54,933 bases of DNA from an uncultured Candidatus Pelagibacter sp. (lineage in GTDB: Bacteria; Pseudomonadota; Alphaproteobacteria; Pelagibacterales; Pelagibacteraceae): the NCBI GenBank assembly GCA_964484975.1, contig CAZAGV010000001.1, forward strand, positions 1-54,933, given 5' to 3'. A program made the translations under genes and the position numbers. The notes under the pieces are model-generated. The model had not been told where the DNA came from, did no database searches, and was given only the letters and a program-made list of their open reading frames with translations. This document shows, piece by piece, positions 10,229-20,052 of the stretch. Each line of letters begins with the position of its first letter. Position 1 is the first letter of the stretch.

Positions 10229-11349
10229 AATAATTTTAGTTTTCTAGAACTAATAAAAATTAAATAACCAACAATACACCCAATAAAAGGAATCAATAAA
10301 ATTGTGGATTTATTTAAATTATCAAATGATAGAATATTAATGGATCCTTCTGAAAATATTATAAAAATAAAGCCTAAAATAAAAATAATACTTTTAAATT
10401 TTATAGAATCAAATTGGTTTTTAGATTTTATGACTAAACAACTCGCAACAAAACCAACAATAATTATGTATAATGGTATTATTAATCTTTTATACATTTC
10501 TTGTAATACTGCATTAACAGAACTTTTGTCACATACAAATAATTTTTCAAAAAAACCTTCTTTATTATTTATAAATGAATTTAAACATTTAATTAATTTA
10601 ATTGAATTAGTTTCTTGAATTTTTGGAAAAACTGTCGTTTTAGTACTAAACTTAGATAGATTAAATTCTGTTTTTTCAAACTTAATTATATTTGTATTTC
10701 TAGAATCTATATTTATAATTTTTCCATCAAGCAAGACTAAGTAAAAAAAATTATTTTTTTTTACCAAGACTCCTTCTTTAGCATTAATTATCTTAGATCT
10801 ATTACCATCATAATTTTCTTTAATAAAAATATTTTTTATAAGACCATTACCAGTTTTTTCTTCAACAAAAATTGTTAAGTTTTTTACCGCATCATTAAAG
10901 TGTTGTGACTTTATTAAAGAAGGAAAATAATCTATTTTAGAGTCTCTAATATATGATCTTGCTAAATCCTGAGTTTTTGGAACTATTAAAAAACTAAAAA
11001 TAACGCTAATTAAAAAATATATGAATGAAAATTTTATTATTTTATTTATAAATTCTGTTTTTTTTATACCATAGTTCCAGAATATTAAAATTTCATTATT
11101 TTCTTCATATTTGGATATCGTGAAAAATACTGAAATAAAAAAAACAAACAAAAATAATTTGCTGAATATTTTTGGCAAAGAAAAAAAAGAGTACATAAAA
11201 TAAACTTTGAAACTGTGCCCGTCTTCAGATACAAAATCTAAGTAATTGACTGCCTGAATTACCCAAACTATTAAAGTTAATGACAATGATGTAATTAGAA
11301 AAAAAGTGGTAATATCTTTAAAAATATTTCTAAATATTAATTTTTTCAT
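10225..11349 (-). CDS. lptF: LPS export ABC permease (YjgP/Q family)
   Basis: Same topology; divergent from pepA as in the conserved pepA/lptFG arrangement. Confidence 0.82.
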   Translation of the reverse strand: MKKLIFRNIFKDITTFFLITSLSLTLIVWVIQAVNYLDFVSEDGHSFKVYFMYSFFSLPKIFSKLFLFVFFISVFFTISKYEENNEILIFWNYGIKKTEFINKIIKFSFIYFLISVIFSFLIVPKTQDLARSYIRDSKIDYFPSLIKSQHFNDAVKNLTIFVEEKTGNGLIKNIFIKENYDGNRSKIINAKEGVLVKKNNFFYLVLLDGKIINIDSRNTNIIKFEKTEFNLSKFSTKTTVFPKIQETNSIKLIKCLNSFINNKEGFFEKLFVCDKSSVNAVLQEMYKRLIIPLYIIIVGFVASCLVIKSKNQFDSIKFKSIIFILGFIFIIFSEGSINILSFDNLNKSTILLIPFIGCIVGYLIFISSRKLKLL

Positions 11350-11407
11350 TGAAATTTATTATTTTGATACATATATACGTTTTCAACCTATACTATATTT
11401 AATATAA

Positions 11408-12871
11408 ATGACTTTAAAAATAAATTATTTAGACACACAAAAAAGCTCATTCAGGAATAGTGCCTTATTATTAGGTAAGGACACTAAAATTTCAGAGTTT
11501 AAAGGCATTTTTGATGACAAAACAAATCAAAAAATAGTTAATTTTATAAAAAAGAGTAAAAATATTAAAAAAAATAAAATTGAATCACTCAACCTAGATT
11601 TTGATCAAAAAATTTTAATTATATTGTTGAACAATAAGAATGTCGCACAAGATTCAGAAAAATTAGGCGCTAAATTTTATGATTATATTAAAAAAAATGA
11701 TATCAGGAATGTTACCCTGTTTGGTTCTAATTTTTTTTCAACAAAAAACAAAATTCTTTTAAATGAATTTTTACATGGAGCTGAATTAAAAGCTTATGAA
11801 TTTAATTTATACAAAACAAAAAAAAATAAAAAAGAAATAAATATTAATATTTTAAAAAGTAAAAATGAGATTAATTCAAAAAATAAATTTAAATTAGATG
11901 CAGTTTTAAAAGGCGTTAAATTTACAAGAGATTTAGTCTCGGAGCCAGGAAATATTTTACATCCTGATGAGTATGTAAAAAGATTAGTTAAATTAAAAAA
12001 ATTTGGATTGAAGATTACAGTTTATGACGAAAAGAAATTAAAAAAATTAGGATGCAACGCATTAGTTGGAGTTGGCCAAGGAAGTATCAGAGGATCATAC
12101 CTTGTGACAATGGAATGGAAAGGAACAAAATCTAAATCAAAACCTTTAGCTTTCGTTGGAAAAGGAGTTTGCTTTGATACGGGTGGAATTTCTTTAAAGC
12201 CAGCTAGATTCATGGAAAATATGACATATGATATGGCAGGCTCAGCTGTTGTGGTAGGATTAATGAAAAATTTTGCTCTAAGAAAAGCAAAAATAAATGC
12301 TGTAGGAGTTGTAGGACTTGTTGAAAATATGCCAGGAGGCAATGCCCAAAGACCTGGCGACATTGTAAAATCCTATAGTGGAAAAACCATAGAAGTATTA
12401 AATACTGACGCAGAAGGAAGATTGGTATTAGCAGATGCTTTAACTTTTACTGAAAAAAAATTTAAACCCAATTTTATTGTTGACCTAGCAACTTTAACAG
12501 GAGCTATAATTGTTTCATTAGGTTCTGAATATGCGGGACTTTTTTCAAATGATGATAAATTATCCAAACAGATTATTGAAGCTGGAGAAAAAGTTGATGA
12601 AAAAGTATGGAGATTACCACTACATAAAAACTACGATAAACTTTTGGACTCCAAAAATGCAGATATGCAAAACATAAACTATGCAGGAGGTGCTGGCTCA
12701 ACTACAGCAGCGCAATTTTTACAAAGATTTATTATCAATAAAACACCTTGGGCACATCTTGATATAGCTGGAATGGCTTTTTCAAAATACGCTGGCGCTT
12801 TAAATCCAGGTGGCGCCACAGGATATGGAGTAAGATTATTAAATAAATTTGTGGAAGATAATTATGAATAA
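11408..12871 (+). CDS. pepA: Leucyl aminopeptidase (M17)
   Basis: VGKGVCFDTGG, DMAG, NTDAEGRL, DLATLTGA, WAHLDIAG. Confidence 0.98.
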   Translation: MTLKINYLDTQKSSFRNSALLLGKDTKISEFKGIFDDKTNQKIVNFIKKSKNIKKNKIESLNLDFDQKILIILLNNKNVAQDSEKLGAKFYDYIKKNDIRNVTLFGSNFFSTKNKILLNEFLHGAELKAYEFNLYKTKKNKKEININILKSKNEINSKNKFKLDAVLKGVKFTRDLVSEPGNILHPDEYVKRLVKLKKFGLKITVYDEKKLKKLGCNALVGVGQGSIRGSYLVTMEWKGTKSKSKPLAFVGKGVCFDTGGISLKPARFMENMTYDMAGSAVVVGLMKNFALRKAKINAVGVVGLVENMPGGNAQRPGDIVKSYSGKTIEVLNTDAEGRLVLADALTFTEKKFKPNFIVDLATLTGAIIVSLGSEYAGLFSNDDKLSKQIIEAGEKVDEKVWRLPLHKNYDKLLDSKNADMQNINYAGGAGSTTAAQFLQRFIINKTPWAHLDIAGMAFSKYAGALNPGGATGYGVRLLNKFVEDNYE

Positions 12872-13274
12872 TAACGAACAAACACTATCTATAATTAAAC
12901 CGGATGCGGTAGAAAGAAATCTTAGCGAGGAAATTAAACAAGAGTTTATAAAAAATGGTTTTAAAATTTTTAAAGAAAAAAAAATTAAACTTGAAAAACA
13001 TGAAGCTGAAAAATTTTATCAAGTTCATCAATCCAAACCCTTTTATAATGATTTATGCTCATACTTATCATCAGGTCCAATTGTTGTGATGATATTAGAT
13101 AGAGAAAATGCAGTATTAGAAAATAGGAAATTAATGGGAGCGACTGACCCTACAAAAGCAGAAGAGGGCACCATTAGAAAAAAATATGGCATCTCTATAG
13201 ATAAAAACTCAGTTCATGGCTCAGATAGCCCAGAAAACGCAAAAATTGAAATTAATTTCTTTTTTAAAGATTAG
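12864..13274 (+). CDS. ndk: Nucleoside diphosphate kinase
   Basis: TLSIIKPDAV, MGATDP, NSVHGSDS. The ATG at 12864 is preferred over the track's 12849 start. Confidence 0.98.
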   Translation: MNNNEQTLSIIKPDAVERNLSEEIKQEFIKNGFKIFKEKKIKLEKHEAEKFYQVHQSKPFYNDLCSYLSSGPIVVMILDRENAVLENRKLMGATDPTKAEEGTIRKKYGISIDKNSVHGSDSPENAKIEINFFFKD

Positions 13275-13851
13275 AGTTAATAAACTTTTTTATAGCTTTA
13301 GGATAAATCAAATTTTCAATTTTTAGCACTCTTTTAGATAAAGAATTTTCATTTAATTTTTTTAATATTTTAATTTTTTTTTGCAAAATTATTTTACCCG
13401 AGTCTAATTTTGAGTTAACCAAATGAACTGTACAACCAGTAAATTTTTCCTTATTTTTAATTACTCTTTTATGTGTATTTAGACCTTTATACCTCGGAAG
13501 TAGCGATGGATGAATATTTAAGATTCTATTTTTATAAATATTTATTATTTTTTTTGATAAAATTTTCATAAAGCCTGCCAAGCAAATAAAATTAATATTG
13601 TGATTTTTTAAATTAATTAAAATTTTATCTTCTGCATTATTTTTATTTTTATAATTAACAAACAAGAATTTAATTTTATTCTTTTTTGCAAAATATATTC
13701 CTTTTGCATTTTTATTATTAGTAATAATTAAAACAATTTTAATTCGAGAGTTTTTTCTTTTTGAAAAATTTATTAGTGAATTTAAATTGGTTCCTCTGCC
13801 CGAAATAAAAACAGAAACTTTTAATTTTTTTTTACCAATTAATTTTTCCAT
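13264..13851 (-). CDS. purN: Phosphoribosylglycinamide formyltransferase
   Basis: ISGRGTNL, LAGFMKIL, NIHPSLLP, GCTVH.V...LDSG. Confidence 0.97.
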   Translation of the reverse strand: MEKLIGKKKLKVSVFISGRGTNLNSLINFSKRKNSRIKIVLIITNNKNAKGIYFAKKNKIKFLFVNYKNKNNAEDKILINLKNHNINFICLAGFMKILSKKIINIYKNRILNIHPSLLPRYKGLNTHKRVIKNKEKFTGCTVHLVNSKLDSGKIILQKKIKILKKLNENSLSKRVLKIENLIYPKAIKKFINSNL

Positions 13852-14857
13852 TTAAATAAACATTTTTTTTTCCATTAATAATTTTTCCTATTACATACGG
13901 TTGAAAATTCTTTGAGAAATATTTTTTAATTTTTTTTAAATTTTTAGAATTAATTATTATAGAGAAGCCAACTCCACAATTAAATGTTTTTATCATTTCT
14001 TTTTCATTTACTCCCTGATCATGAATCCATTTAAAAATAGAATTTGGTTTTATTTTTTTTAAATCAATGTTTGCACATAGATTGTAAGGTAAAACTCTTT
14101 TAATGTTATCTTCAATTCCTCCACCAGTAATATTTTCACAACCATTAATTAATCTCTTATTAATTAAATTTAAAATTTGTTTCACAAAAATTTTTGTAAT
14201 TTTAATTAATTCTTTTCTTAAAAATTTATTTTTTTTTAATTTTATATTTTTTTTTTTTAATATATTTCTTATTAAGGAATATCCATTTGAATGTACTCCA
14301 TTAGAAGGAATAGCCACAATTAAGTCATTCAATTTAATTTTTGACTTATCTAGAATTTTATTTTTATCAGCAATTCCTACTGAAAAACCTGCTATATCAA
14401 ATTTTCCTTTTGAATAGGTTCCTGACATTTCTGCTGTTTCACCTCCAACCAATTCACAATTTGAAATTTTACATCCTTTAATAATTCCTTTTATGATTTG
14501 TTTTAATTTTATTAAATCAATTTTGTTAATTGAAATGTAATCTAAAAAAATAAGAGGCTTAGCTCCTTGTACAATTAAATCATTAACACACATTGCCACA
14601 AGATCTATTCCAATTGTATTAAATTTGTTTAATTCATTTGCAATTTCAATTTTTGTTCCAACACCATCTGTACTTGCAACAAGCTGTGGATTTTTTAAAT
14701 TTTTAGGGATACTGGTAATTGAGCCAAATCCACCAATATTTTGAAAATTCTTACTATTTACTCTTTTTTTTGATATTGAAGATATGAATTTTACAAAATT
14801 ATCAGCAGCTTTAATATTAACTCCACTCTTTTCATATGTTAGATTGTTATTTTTCAT
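13832..14857 (-). CDS. purM: AIR synthetase
   Basis: TDGVGTK, DLVAMCVND, GGETAEM, HSNGYSL, TFNCGVG. Confidence 0.97.
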   Translation of the reverse strand: MKNNNLTYEKSGVNIKAADNFVKFISSISKKRVNSKNFQNIGGFGSITSIPKNLKNPQLVASTDGVGTKIEIANELNKFNTIGIDLVAMCVNDLIVQGAKPLIFLDYISINKIDLIKLKQIIKGIIKGCKISNCELVGGETAEMSGTYSKGKFDIAGFSVGIADKNKILDKSKIKLNDLIVAIPSNGVHSNGYSLIRNILKKKNIKLKKNKFLRKELIKITKIFVKQILNLINKRLINGCENITGGGIEDNIKRVLPYNLCANIDLKKIKPNSIFKWIHDQGVNEKEMIKTFNCGVGFSIIINSKNLKKIKKYFSKNFQPYVIGKIINGKKNVYLNGKINW

Positions 14858-14859
14858 CT

Positions 14860-15936
14860 ATGATCAATACTTTTAAAAAAAAATACAAATTCAATATTTC
14901 GTTTTATATATTGTTTTTATTTTTCATAATATTTTTTATTAAGTTTTCCACAGTCAATGCAAATGCAAATACCTATAAGGTAGTAGACTTAGAAATATCA
15001 AAAACTTATGACAATGATTTTAATAAAGAAGCGGTTATTGATATGGCTTTTAAAAAAGCTTTTGAAGAGTTGATTTTAAGAATCACTATTACAAATGTAG
15101 AACAGGTAAGCAAATTAACAAATTTAAAAACCATCTATAGCTTAATTGAATCTTTTTCAATCGTTGACGAAAAATTTATTGATAACAAATACGTTTCAAA
15201 ATTTGAAGTAGAATTTAGCAAAAAAGAATTATTTAAATATTTAGAGAAAAAAAACATTTTTCCTTCAATTCCAAAAGAAAAAACTTTACTTTTGATACCA
15301 ATATTAATTAACAACGAAAAAAAACAAATTTTATTATTTTCAGAAAATCCATTTTACACTAATTGGAATAAATCTAAAAAAAAACACTACCTATTAAATT
15401 ATATTTTGCCGAATGAAGATATAGAGGACATTAATTTTATAAAAAAAAATATTAACAACATTGAAGAGTATAATTTTAATGAAATTGTATCAAAGTATGA
15501 AATTGATAATTATATAATATTAATTTTATTTCAAAAAGAAAATAGCTTTAATGCTTTAATGAAGTCTAATTTGAACAATAAAACAATTATTTCTAATAAA
15601 AAATTTGACTGGCATGAAAATCAATCTATAGAAAATATAATTAATAATTTAAAATTAGAGTTTGAAAATCAATGGAAGAAATTGAATATAATCAATGTTT
15701 CAATAAAATTACCAATAACTCTTTCAGTAAATTCAAAAAATTATAAACTAATAAAAAAATTAGACAAAAAACTTTACAATCTTGATTTAGTCTCTAGTTT
15801 TTATATTGATAGTATTAATAATGATAAATTAATTTATAAAATAATATATAATAGTACTCCAGATAAATTTATAAATGAATTTTCAAATGATAATATTAAA
15901 TTAAATACAAATGAATCGATTTGGAGAATTGAGTGA
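14860..15936 (+). CDS. Exported protein, probably DUF2066-like
   Basis: Signal/TM segment at the N terminus; occupies the usual slot divergent from purM and upstream of the hda-like gene. First ATG at 14860. Confidence 0.6.
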   Translation: MINTFKKKYKFNISFYILFLFFIIFFIKFSTVNANANTYKVVDLEISKTYDNDFNKEAVIDMAFKKAFEELILRITITNVEQVSKLTNLKTIYSLIESFSIVDEKFIDNKYVSKFEVEFSKKELFKYLEKKNIFPSIPKEKTLLLIPILINNEKKQILLFSENPFYTNWNKSKKKHYLLNYILPNEDIEDINFIKKNINNIEEYNFNEIVSKYEIDNYIILILFQKENSFNALMKSNLNNKTIISNKKFDWHENQSIENIINNLKLEFENQWKKLNIINVSIKLPITLSVNSKNYKLIKKLDKKLYNLDLVSSFYIDSINNDKLIYKIIYNSTPDKFINEFSNDNIKLNTNESIWRIE

Positions 15937-16589
15937 AAAATTTAAGTCAATTATTATTAAATTTTAAAAATAATCAAAATTTTAATTATGATGATTTTTA
16001 TGTAAGCAAAAGTAATTATTTTGCTTTTCAATTAATTGAAAAATGGCCAAAATGGGAAAAAAATATTTTAAACATATATGGAGAAAAATTTAGCGGCAAA
16101 ACTCATCTTTCAAATATTTTTTTAAACAAAAATAAAGGGTTTAAAATAAATGAAAAGGAGATCAACGAAAATTCTTATAAAAAATTTAAGCTTTATGAAA
16201 ATATTATAATTGATGATTTTGAAAATAATTGTGATGAAAAACTTATGTATTCAATATTTAATCTGGTTGACCAGAGCAATAAATATTTAATAATTAATTC
16301 AATAAACCCAATAAATGAAATTAATTTTAATTTAAATGACTTAAAATCAAGATCAAAAAACTGCCTTTTTGCAAAAATTGAAAATCCTGACGATGAGCTA
16401 ATGTTTGCAATTATACTAAAAAGTTTTTCTGACAGACAAATTCTAATTAATAAAAAACTTATTGATTTCATAATTAAAAGAATAGACAGATCATATGGTA
16501 AAATTGCTGATTTTATATATAAAGTTGATGAGTTGAGTTTAAAAAAAAAGAAAGCAATAGATTTAAAAATAATTAAGCAAATTTTATAG
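15933..16589 (+). CDS. DnaA regulatory inactivator Hda/HdaA-like AAA+ protein
   Basis: QLLL clamp-binding-like motif, F.VS.SN, GEKFSGKTHL, DLKSR, RIDRS; GTG start. Confidence 0.85.
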   Translation: MKNLSQLLLNFKNNQNFNYDDFYVSKSNYFAFQLIEKWPKWEKNILNIYGEKFSGKTHLSNIFLNKNKGFKINEKEINENSYKKFKLYENIIIDDFENNCDEKLMYSIFNLVDQSNKYLIINSINPINEINFNLNDLKSRSKNCLFAKIENPDDELMFAIILKSFSDRQILINKKLIDFIIKRIDRSYGKIADFIYKVDELSLKKKKAIDLKIIKQIL

Positions 16590-16596
16590 GAAAATT

Positions 16597-18381
16597 TTGA
16601 ATAAATATAGAACTCATAATTGTGGTGAATTAAACATTAAGGATAAAAATAAAAAGATATCTTTAAGCGGATGGATTAATAAAAAAAGAGATCATGGAAA
16701 TTTATTATTTTTAGATTTAAGAGATAATTATGGAATAACTCAATGTGTAATTGAAAATACTCATCAAAATTTTAAAGATTTGGAAAAACTTCCTCTTGAA
16801 ACAGTTTTAAAAATAGATGGCAAAGTTCTAGAAAGAACAAAAGATACTTTGAACAAAGAATTGGATACCGGGGAAATAGAAATATCAATAATTTCTTATG
16901 AAATTTTAGGAACTACAAAAGAACTACCGATGCCAGTTTTTTCAGATCAAGAATACTCTGAAGAAATTAGATTAAAATATAGATTTTTAGACTTAAGAAG
17001 AAAAAAAATACATCAAAATATAATTTTAAGATCTAAAGTTATTTCATTCATTAGATCAGAGATGGAAAAACTTGGTTTTTTAGAATTTCAAACACCTATT
17101 TTAACATCATCAAGCCCAGAAGGTGCTAGAGATTTTTTGGTTCCAAGCAGATTGAACCCAGGAAAATTTTATGCACTACCTCAAGCTCCACAACAATTCA
17201 AACAACTGATAATGGTTTCAGGTTTTGATAGATACTTTCAAATAGCCCCTTGTTTTAGAGATGAAGATGCTAGAGCGGATAGGAGTCCAGGAGAATTTTA
17301 CCAACTTGATTTAGAAATGTCTTTTGTAGAACAAGAAGATGTTTTTAAAGTAGTAGAAAAATTAATGTTAAATGTTTTTAAAAAATTTTCAGACAAAAAA
17401 ATACTTTGTGATAAATTTCCAAAAATAACTTACTCAGATGCAATGGTTAAATATGGTACGGATAAACCTGATTTGAGAAATCCTATAATTATAAATGAAT
17501 TTACAGAAATTTTTAAAAGAGATGATGTAAATTTTGAAATTTTTAAAAAACTAGTAAACAAAGGATGTATTGTTAGAGGGATAATTGCAAAAAAAACTAA
17601 GGACAAACCTAGAAGTTTTTTTGATAGTATTGACAAATGGGCAAAAGATCAGGGAGCTTCTGGATTAGCATATTTCACGATCGAAAAAGAAACCGAAATA
17701 AAAGGAAAAGGTCCGGTAGGTAAATTTTTTAGCTCAGATTCAATCAAGGAAATTATGAAAATATCAAATGCTGAAGTAGGTGATAGCATTTTTTTAGCAT
17801 GTGGAAAAAAAAGTGAAGTAGAAAATATACTTTCATTGGCGAGAGAAAAAATTGCAAACGAATTAAAACTTATAAACCATGATTCTTTTGCATTTTGCTG
17901 GATTGTTGACTACCCAATGTTTGAAGAAGATGAAAAAACTAAAAAAATTATCTTTAGCCACAATCCTTTTTCCATGCCTCAAGGGAATAAAAAAAAACTT
18001 GATTTATCAAAGCCGTTAGAAATTAAAGCCTACCAATATGATATAGTTTGTAATGGAGTTGAATTATCTTCCGGAGCTATTAGAAATCATATACCTGAAT
18101 TAATGTACAAGCTGTTTTCAATTGCTGGATATGAAAAGAAAGTTGTTGATGAAAAATTTAGTGGAATGATTAATGCATTGAGCTATGGAGCTCCTCCGCA
18201 CGGAGGTATTGCTCCAGGCATAGATAGAATAATAATGCTATTAGCAGGAGAAAAAAATATAAGAGAAGTCACAATGTTTCCCATGAACCAAAATGCACAG
18301 GATTTAATGATGAATGCTCCATCTAAAGTTAGCGAAGAACAATTAAAAGAATTAAACTTATCCTTGAAAAAAAATAAATAA
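16597..18381 (+). CDS. aspS: Aspartate--tRNA ligase (RDHG suggests the non-discriminating type)
   Basis: YRTHNCG, RLKYRFLDLRR, PEGARDF, CFRDED.RADR, GAPPHGG.A.G.DR; TTG start. Confidence 0.98.
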   Translation: MNKYRTHNCGELNIKDKNKKISLSGWINKKRDHGNLLFLDLRDNYGITQCVIENTHQNFKDLEKLPLETVLKIDGKVLERTKDTLNKELDTGEIEISIISYEILGTTKELPMPVFSDQEYSEEIRLKYRFLDLRRKKIHQNIILRSKVISFIRSEMEKLGFLEFQTPILTSSSPEGARDFLVPSRLNPGKFYALPQAPQQFKQLIMVSGFDRYFQIAPCFRDEDARADRSPGEFYQLDLEMSFVEQEDVFKVVEKLMLNVFKKFSDKKILCDKFPKITYSDAMVKYGTDKPDLRNPIIINEFTEIFKRDDVNFEIFKKLVNKGCIVRGIIAKKTKDKPRSFFDSIDKWAKDQGASGLAYFTIEKETEIKGKGPVGKFFSSDSIKEIMKISNAEVGDSIFLACGKKSEVENILSLAREKIANELKLINHDSFAFCWIVDYPMFEEDEKTKKIIFSHNPFSMPQGNKKKLDLSKPLEIKAYQYDIVCNGVELSSGAIRNHIPELMYKLFSIAGYEKKVVDEKFSGMINALSYGAPPHGGIAPGIDRIIMLLAGEKNIREVTMFPMNQNAQDLMMNAPSKVSEEQLKELNLSLKKNK

Positions 18382-19218
18382 TTACTTTTTTCCTTTCAAG
18401 TTAATTCTTATATCTGAAAGATCTACTAGTTTTTTTTTATAATTGCTTCTTAAAAAACCTTTACTTGAAATGTCTTTAACAATTTTTAATAATTGATTTT
18501 GGTCATCATTATTTATATCTTCGGATTTTTCTTCTATTTGTTTTTCTACATTTCCAATAGAAGGAGTATGAGCAAGATCTTCTCTATTTAAATACGATAT
18601 TGCTAATTCTCTGAATATATAGTCAAGTATAGATGTAGCGCTTAATATTCTATCATTTCCGAGAACTTTACCAGATGGTTCAAATTTGGTTCCAACGTAA
18701 GCACTAACATACTCATCAAGTGGCACTCCGTATTGTAAACCTAGAGAAATAGCTATAGCAAAATTGTTCATTAAGGCTTTTACTAACTCCCCTTCTTTGC
18801 TGGTATCAATAAATATTTCTCCTATCTTTCCATCTTCATATTCTCCAGTATGAAGATAAACTTTATGATCACCAATGGTTGCTTTTTGTATATAACCCTT
18901 TCTTCTATCAGGCATACCAAATCTTTTATTGCTTTGATCTATAATATTATTTTTTAAGGGAATACTATTTTTTATAGAAGCAGCTTTTATATCTGTTGGT
19001 ATATCTAATTTAACATTATTTTGTTTGTTGCTATCTGAAATATTGCTAATTTTATCTAGATTTTTAGTTTTTCTATTATCCAGTTTAACATCAATAATTT
19101 CAAATTTTCCATCATCTCTTTTTTCTAAATTTTTTAATTCATTTGTGTTAATTTCATCCAGATAGTGACTGACTTTAAATGTACAATTGTAGTAAGTTTC
19201 AACCAAATATTTCGCCAT
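18382..19218 (-). CDS. Stand-alone protein homologous to the C-terminal (TSCPD/NrdJb-like) domain of class II ribonucleotide reductase
   Basis: PDRRKGY.QKA.IG.HKVYL.TGEY.DG..GEIFID..KEG...[18 protein letters not shown]...FEP.G...[16 protein letters not shown] resembles the alphaproteobacterial NrdJ C-terminal region. No catalytic barrel is present. Confidence 0.85.
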   Translation of the reverse strand: MAKYLVETYYNCTFKVSHYLDEINTNELKNLEKRDDGKFEIIDVKLDNRKTKNLDKISNISDSNKQNNVKLDIPTDIKAASIKNSIPLKNNIIDQSNKRFGMPDRRKGYIQKATIGDHKVYLHTGEYEDGKIGEIFIDTSKEGELVKALMNNFAIAISLGLQYGVPLDEYVSAYVGTKFEPSGKVLGNDRILSATSILDYIFRELAISYLNREDLAHTPSIGNVEKQIEEKSEDINNDDQNQLLKIVKDISSKGFLRSNYKKKLVDLSDIRINLKGKK

Positions 19219-19331
19219 ATTTCCTTTAAATAATTTTTTTTGAGTCTTTATATAAATATTGTATATACAAATTATAATTTTAGTCTAATTTATTTTTTAC
19301 AATTTTGAATTGAATAATTTTTATAAAATTT

Positions 19332-19691
19332 ATGTTGACAGTCATTAAACAAATTTTTACTTGGTGGAATCACCAAACTCTTGGAACAAGATTAACAATA
19401 TTTTTTTTTGGAAAATTTGTTGGAAAAGATAGTTATGGAAATAAATATTATAAAACAAAAAAAGGAAAAAGATTTGTAATTTATAATGGGGAAGTTGATG
19501 CATCAAAAATCCCAAACGAATGGTATTCTTGGATGCACTTCACACCTAATAAAATTGAAAATTCACATGAATTAGAAAAATTTGAATGGCAAAAACCACA
19601 CAAACCAAATTTAACAGGTTCAAATGAAGCGTATAGCCCTAAAGGCAATACAGATGCAATTAAAAAAAAATACAAAACTTGGAAAAATTAA
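19332..19691 (+). CDS. NADH:ubiquinone oxidoreductase accessory subunit NDUFA12 family
   Basis: FTWW..QTLGT, VG.D.YGNKYY, DASKIP.EW..WMH, W.KPH.PNLTGS..AY.P. Confidence 0.93.
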   Translation: MLTVIKQIFTWWNHQTLGTRLTIFFFGKFVGKDSYGNKYYKTKKGKRFVIYNGEVDASKIPNEWYSWMHFTPNKIENSHELEKFEWQKPHKPNLTGSNEAYSPKGNTDAIKKKYKTWKN

Positions 19692-20052
19692 AATACAAAA
19701 GTATTTTTACTTAATTTTTTTATTTTTAATATTTAGTATTAAATCCTTTGCTAGTGATTTAAATTTTGTGGAAATAAAAATTTTAGATAAAGTTAGCTCA
19801 AAAACAAGCCAATTATCTTTAAATATTGAACAAGAAACTAAATTTGAAAATTTAATTATTAAAATTTTAAAATGTAAAAATTCAGAATTCGACGATAACC
19901 CTGAAGTCACTGCTTATATGCAAGTTCAAGATATTACATTAAAAAATAATGATAAAGTTTTTGTTTTTAACGGATGGACATTTTCGTCAAGTCCTTCAAT
20001 AAGTTTATTTGACCATCCAGTTTATGATATATGGCTAATCAAGTGTTATTAA
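19654..20052 (+). CDS. DUF2155 family exported protein
   Basis: LDKV, FNGW.F.SSP....DHPVYDIWL..C. The start is uncertain (19624 or 19654). Confidence 0.85.
   Translation: MQLKKNTKLGKIKIQKYFYLIFLFLIFSIKSFASDLNFVEIKILDKVSSKTSQLSLNIEQETKFENLIIKILKCKNSEFDDNPEVTAYMQVQDITLKNNDKVFVFNGWTFSSSPSISLFDHPVYDIWLIKCY

Noticed and set aside
14247-14258. 12-nt T run in purM as a phase-variation tract
   Set aside because: Encodes L-K-K-K-N in frame; runs of 8-10 A/T are ubiquitous in this window.
18382-19218. Calling this a functional ribonucleotide reductase or a pseudogene
   Set aside because: No catalytic domain or cysteines for reductase activity, yet the frame is intact with well-preserved motifs and no upstream remnants.
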